NCBI GenBank assembly: GCA_963748825.1
Contig: CAVVKN010000013.1
Location: forward strand, 1 to 64,000
Origin: Methanotrichaceae archaeon
GTDB lineage: Archaea > Halobacteriota > Methanosarcinia > Methanotrichales > Methanotrichaceae
Reading direction: 5' to 3'
DNA length: 64,000 nucleotides
Below, piece by piece: positions 60,716 to 64,000 of this stretch. The notes beneath the pieces were generated by a model. The model was not told the origin of the DNA, made no database searches, and worked only from the letters and a program-made list of their open reading frames with translations. The number at the start of each line of letters is the position of its first letter. The stretch's first letter is position 1. A program made the position numbers and the translations under genes.

Positions 60716-62398
60716 CTAATCCGTGGCCAATATGTGCCCGATGATCCTGCCGTAAGCAGGCCTCGCTATGAATGTGCCCAAAATCACACCCAGGATGATG
60801 ATGAGTGCAAATCCGGTGAGCGAGCCAAAGCCCATGACAAGCAACGGCAGCATAGCCACAACCGTGGTCGCAGCAGCTCCCATTATGATCATGAAAGCCT
60901 TGGACAGCCGGGCCAAATAGACCTTGTTGGTTGTGGCGACAACATTGCCTACCCCAGCTTTCTCAGCCGCGTCAGCTGCCCTCTCCTTGATGCTGCGCCC
61001 GACGGTTGATACCGCCGCCTCGCCGCCTTTCATCAGCTCATCGGTGATGATGACAAGCTGATCCACGCCTGTGCCTATCACCATGATGATGCCGGCAAGG
61101 CTGGCCAGATCAAGCTGCCAGCCGGCTACTGCCCAGACGCCCAGCATCATTACGACCTCGAAGAAGGAGGTAGTCACCATAGGCAGGACAATCCTTCTCT
61201 CCCGGTAGCGGTAGTAAATCATGCCGGCTACGGCCATGAGAGCAATCAGCCCGGCTATGACCATTTGAATCTTAAACTGCCTGCCCAAAGCTGCAGATAC
61301 CTGACCGGAGCCGACAACCTCGACATTTACCGGCAGGGCACCTTCTCGCAGGTGAATGTAAAGCTCTTTGGCCTTAGTAGAGCCCGCATCGCCTCCACCT
61401 ACAGTAGCCTGCATGCTGCGCGAAGGAGCCTTCTGCAGACTGCTTGCCAGCTCAGGAGCTAGAGGAGCAGAAAAGATCTCATCCTTATCCAGATACATGG
61501 ATATGTAATGGTCCTCGGGTCTCTTGGTGGCACCCGAATCAATCGCAGCCTTCTGGAAGGTCATCGCTCCTTCTTCAGAGAGCACAAAGGGAACTCCCCA
61601 TCCACCATTGCGTTCTCCCTGGGGGATGTCCACAGTCTCCACGGCATCTCCGTAGAGCACATGCATGCTCTGGTTATTCTCGGTCTGGATTCTTATCTCG
61701 AACTTACCGGGCTTGCCCACTACCTCCTGGGCAGCAGCCACATCCATTCCCGCCAGATCGATGAGGATGTATTTATTATCTACAACTCTTACTTTTATGT
61801 CCTGCAGTCCCAGGCGGTTTAGCTTGGAGTCTAAAACCTTCTTGGTCTCGTCCACTGTCTCCTTGGACACGCCCATTACAAATGCGTCTTCGCCGGGGGG
61901 CACTTTGCCACCCACTGGAGCTAAGAGCGAATCAAGCGATTCCCTGGTAACATTAGTCCGTATCTCATAGCGGATGGGCGCGACTGCGACATTGAGCTGG
62001 ACATCTGCGTCCAGATTCTTCTTGAGGTAATTGATGACAATCGTCTCAGGAGATGCCATTATTGTAATCTTGGTGCTGTTATCTCCTTTCGCAATTTTCG
62101 ACCCTATGTAGCCGAGATCATCGGTAAACGTCGACTCGACAATTCCCGGCACCGTCACCACATAGCTCTGTCCGTGCTTCTCTACGGATGAGGCATTAAA
62201 CTGCATTTCCAGAATCTTTTCCGGCGAGACATCTATTTGCGCCTCCGCGCCCTGCAATTGCAGCTGCAAATATGAGCCGCCTTCTAGATCCAGTCCGAAT
62301 TTAAGGCCGAAAAAGCCGATGGAAATTATGGCCAAAGCCACAAAGACCGCATATAAGACGACCCTTCGATCCTTGGATAATTCTTCAAAAAGGCTCAT
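60716..62398 (-). CDS. secD: Preprotein translocase subunit SecD
   Basis: GLDLEGG, LREGALP, GTGVD, six TMs. Confidence 0.95.
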   Translation of the reverse strand: MSLFEELSKDRRVVLYAVFVALAIISIGFFGLKFGLDLEGGSYLQLQLQGAEAQIDVSPEKILEMQFNASSVEKHGQSYVVTVPGIVESTFTDDLGYIGSKIAKGDNSTKITIMASPETIVINYLKKNLDADVQLNVAVAPIRYEIRTNVTRESLDSLLAPVGGKVPPGEDAFVMGVSKETVDETKKVLDSKLNRLGLQDIKVRVVDNKYILIDLAGMDVAAAQEVVGKPGKFEIRIQTENNQSMHVLYGDAVETVDIPQGERNGGWGVPFVLSEEGAMTFQKAAIDSGATKRPEDHYISMYLDKDEIFSAPLAPELASSLQKAPSRSMQATVGGGDAGSTKAKELYIHLREGALPVNVEVVGSGQVSAALGRQFKIQMVIAGLIALMAVAGMIYYRYRERRIVLPMVTTSFFEVVMMLGVWAVAGWQLDLASLAGIIMVIGTGVDQLVIITDELMKGGEAAVSTVGRSIKERAADAAEKAGVGNVVATTNKVYLARLSKAFMIIMGAAATTVVAMLPLLVMGFGSLTGFALIIILGVILGTFIARPAYGRIIGHILATD

Positions 62399-63285
62399 CT
62401 TCTCTGCCCCCTTGTCGCCTTCTTCGGCCTATTCATGTACCATCTGAGCCCCTGGGCATTTGTGATCCAGGTGTTTAGGATATCCGCCGCCAGGCCGAAT
62501 ATGAGAACTGTGGTCATATCTGCAATGATGTCCATTCTGGTGAATGACGGTACTATGAGATATAGGAAGTTTGAGATTATTATGAGGGAAATTACCGCAG
62601 CAATGGAGGTCCCGGCCATGGTCAGGCCCGTTCCCATCGCTCCCTTGATCTTATCTTCCACGCTGCCCTTACGCTTCAACACCCTCATGGATAGTAAGAT
62701 ATCAGTATCAACAGAATAACCGATGAGCATGAGAAGAGCAGCCACCGTTCCCAGTGAGAGCTGTACGCCCGTAAAGTTCATGGAAGCCGCTGCCGTCAAA
62801 ATGTCGGCCAGCGCACTGATCACAATCAGCAGAGAAACGAAAGGCTCCCTGAACACCAGGAAGACAACTATAGCCATCAATAGGAAAGAAAGAGGAAGGT
62901 ACTTGATGACCTGCGCCTGAAGCTCCTTGCTGTAAATGGGTCCTATGTGCCTGATCTCCGAGCTATCGAAATTGGTATTGGCCAGCTTGACAAGATTGGC
63001 ATACTGCGATTCGCTCATGGGGCCGAACTGGAGCATAAATCTGCCGCCGATGTTTCTTATGTCCACCAGTGGATAAGAAGCAAACTCTGCCGCCACGTTT
63101 TCTTCCGAATCCGTCGAAGGCACTGTGACAAGAGTGCCTCCTGTAAACTCTATTCCCAGCTTCACAGGCGAGCCTGTGGCAAGGTAGGTCGCGCCCAAGC
63201 TGATAAGTGCCAATATTATGATAGCGATAGGAACCAGCATTATCTGCTTGGGTGGGTACTTAGAAACGATGTCCTCCAATTCCAT
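62395..63285 (-). CDS. secF: Preprotein translocase subunit SecF
   Basis: GIEFTGGT, LLMLIGYSVDTDILL; ATGA overlap with secD. Confidence 0.95.
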   Translation of the reverse strand: MELEDIVSKYPPKQIMLVPIAIIILALISLGATYLATGSPVKLGIEFTGGTLVTVPSTDSEENVAAEFASYPLVDIRNIGGRFMLQFGPMSESQYANLVKLANTNFDSSEIRHIGPIYSKELQAQVIKYLPLSFLLMAIVVFLVFREPFVSLLIVISALADILTAAASMNFTGVQLSLGTVAALLMLIGYSVDTDILLSMRVLKRKGSVEDKIKGAMGTGLTMAGTSIAAVISLIIISNFLYLIVPSFTRMDIIADMTTVLIFGLAADILNTWITNAQGLRWYMNRPKKATRGQRR

Positions 63286-63451
63286 GTTATTTCTCCTCGA
63301 ACTTCCTCTATATTTAAACCCACCGCATAATATTACTTTGCTAGCGAATGTGTTACTTGATGCTTATGCGCCTTCATAAGAATATTTCAATCTATTTACG
63401 GCTTGTCGTCAATGCTTGTCCTTAAAGCTCGCCGTCAAAGCCTGACCGTCC

Positions 63452-64000
63452 TCAAACCTTCTCCCATTTCTTAAGGTTTGCCACCTGGGAGAGTGTCTTG
63501 CCGCGCCGGATCTCCTCATAGAGCCTGCTTTCCATCTTCTCCACCTCTTTGGCTCTTCTGGCGATCTCGTAGGCCCTCTCTTTGGGTATGACCACAACTC
63601 CGCTATCGTCTCCCACAATGTAATCCCCGGGCCGCACCTTCTGGCCGCCGCAGGTAATCTCGGAGTTGATCTCGCCCATGCCCTTCGGGTCGCCGGCATT
63701 AGGTGTGATCCCCGACGAGAATATGGGGTAGTTCAAGGCTCTGATCTCATCCACATCCCGCACCGCTCCGTCAATAACCACGCCTTCAATTCCCTTATTC
63801 TTGCTGCTCAAAGTAGCGAGACCGCCCCAAGGCGCGATGTAATTGCTGCCATTATAGATCACCAGCACATCTCCCGGTCCTGCCAGATCGATGGCCTCCA
63901 CGGGCTTGGCCCAGTCTCCGGCAAAGGTCTGCACGGTTATGGCCCTGCCTACGATTTTGTTGCCGTGATTTATGGGAAGTATGCCGCGCATGGCCCCTTT
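63452..64000 (-). CDS. RraA-like domain protein, 5' end outside the window (probably a hexulose-6-phosphate synthase/RraA fusion)
   Basis: [34 protein letters not shown]; the fusion is inferred. Confidence 0.85.
   Translation of the reverse strand, partial: KGAMRGILPINHGNKIVGRAITVQTFAGDWAKPVEAIDLAGPGDVLVIYNGSNYIAPWGGLATLSSKNKGIEGVVIDGAVRDVDEIRALNYPIFSSGITPNAGDPKGMGEINSEITCGGQKVRPGDYIVGDDSGVVVIPKERAYEIARRAKEVEKMESRLYEEIRRGKTLSQVANLKKWEKV

Noticed and set aside
1-64000. CRISPR array, rRNA or tRNA genes
   Set aside because: No regularly spaced 25-40 bp repeats, rRNA-like tracts or cloverleaf with T-loop consensus noticed by eye; tRNAscan-SE would be decisive.

Overview
Archaeal chromosome segment, most consistent with a Methanothrix (Methanosaeta)-like methanogen. 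This is inferred from gene content (DUF1699, DUF2121/connectase, PolB2, stand-alone PUA domain, DUF99, archaeal SecD/SecF) and was not checked against a database. Housekeeping blocks (xth, glyA-folD-DUF2121-mobA, serA, HMG-CoA synthase, thiM-thiE, mtnA-mtnP-mutM, secD-secF) alternate with accessory or defence regions. (1) About 6.8-17.4 kb: a decaying island with a broken PolB2 and a Type I R-M locus damaged in all three subunits. Its hsdR is capped by an IS200/IS605 shell whose tnpA centre is replaced by a secreted-protein cargo gene. (2) About 25.6-27.2 kb: a Trypco1-trypsin pseudo-operon followed by two unannotated structured RNA candidates. (3) About 28.6-32.2 kb: Schlafen/AlbA_2-ATPase, ParA-like ATPase, an IS630 scar and a macrodomain gene. 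(4) About 52.1-60.5 kb: an intact Type III R-M operon with an embedded, translationally coupled ABC-ATPase / DUF4276-like / second ABC-ATPase module. No rRNA, tRNA or CRISPR array was seen. Family assignments come from motif recognition by eye.
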